Positions 63,301 through 64,000 of a stretch of DNA of 64,000 nt are shown one piece after another (within the stretch, counting starts at the first letter, position 1; the number at the start of each line of letters is the position of its first letter). The stretch is taken from assembly GCF_963921235.1 (NCBI RefSeq), contig NC_086097.1, positions 142,292,001-142,356,000 of the forward strand, written 5' to 3'. Under the pieces are notes generated by a model. The model saw only the letters and a list, made by a program, of their open reading frames with translations. It ran no database searches and had not been told where the DNA came from. The translations under genes were made by a program, and so were the position numbers. The DNA is from Mobula hypostoma (taxonomy: Eukaryota).

Positions 63301-63695
63301 ATGAAGTTGGTAACAACTGCAACATACTCATCCAGGTTCAAAGATGAATCCCTGAATACAGTCCAGTCCACTGATTCAAAGGCGTCCTGTAGGTGCTCCT
63401 GTCCATACCTTCTTGGTCCCCACTACAGGTGCTGCAGTCTTCAGTCTCTGCCCATACTCGGGCAGTAGAAGTTCAGCCAGGTGATCAGACTTCCCAAAGT
63501 GAGGGCATAGAATAGCACATAGGCATTCAGCACCATTATGCAATATATTCAATAAAAGTTAATTTCTTGTTTCTCCAAATTCCTACGTCATACAAGTAGT
63601 CTGAAATTATATTTGTGTTCAGCTTCAAGTGCTCTATCATAACCACAAAAACATTCTGAGGAAGCAAAACCTTTGAAAATATTTGCTGTCCAATG
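60388..63695 (+). mobile_element. Chapaev3-type (CMC) DNA transposon remnant, interrupted by a Rex LINE at ~61419-63527
   Basis: Ends CACTGGACAAC.. / ..GCTGTCCAATG. Transposase motifs LPPLHTKLGL, KIKAGIFVGPQIKQL, MKCNMSLKIHFLHS and AVSDEHSERLHQDI at ~60960-61415. Confidence 0.82.
61419..63527 (-). mobile_element. Rex1/Babar-type LINE inside the Chapaev element
   Basis: ORFs 61836-62120, 62214-62471, 62569-62940 and 63045-63371. Tail TCAGAATCAGGTTTATT at ~61421. Confidence 0.9.
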
Positions 63696-64000
63696 CTACT
63701 GCTAACAGTTGCTCACTAGATTTCCATGTGCAGTCTCATTTTTGTATTTGAGTTTTTTTTTTAAGTATTGTCTCTTATTTTTCCTCTGTTGATCCAATTT
63801 TTCTTCTACTCATTGGTGCCAATTATTTTTATTAACTGGATGGAAACTCAAAACTCCAGAGCAAAGCCTAAGTGCTGACCTCAGAACACCTGCACTTTGC
63901 TCGTAGACACTTCAAGATAGCGCAGACTTCCTCAGATTTCACCTTTTTAAAAAAAACAGTGGGCTGCCTTCTAAATGAATGGTATGACATGGCTGTGAGA

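Overview
Eukaryotic, repeat-dominated DNA. The repeat repertoire points to a vertebrate, most likely a cartilaginous fish (inference). It includes CR1 LINEs with (TTCTATG)n-type tails, Rex1/Babar-type LINEs, Penelope-like remnants, and V- and CORE-like SINEs. No conventional multi-exon host CDS is recognisable, and nearly all ORFs in the track are transposon fragments or their antisense shadows. Main contents: (i) a four-level nest at 1-7.6 kb (Rex host < L1 < CR1 < CR1); (ii) a full-length 5.9-kb L1 with a 15-bp TSD at 9139-15050; (iii) DNA transposon derivatives: two Tigger/pogo elements, an Academ element, a Chapaev3 element and a tiny hAT MITE; (iv) two solo LTRs with 4-bp TSDs; (v) Penelope-like ends carrying decayed hammerhead ribozymes; (vi) one candidate 24-nt host microexon on the minus strand, which suggests the window is intronic. 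The most unusual observation is in the L1. Its 5' terminus is complementary over 17 nt to a GC island in its 720-nt T-rich inter-ORF spacer, and that island sits directly in front of a uORF that ends 11 nt before the ORF2 ATG. Family names are recalled from motif knowledge and were not checked against a database.
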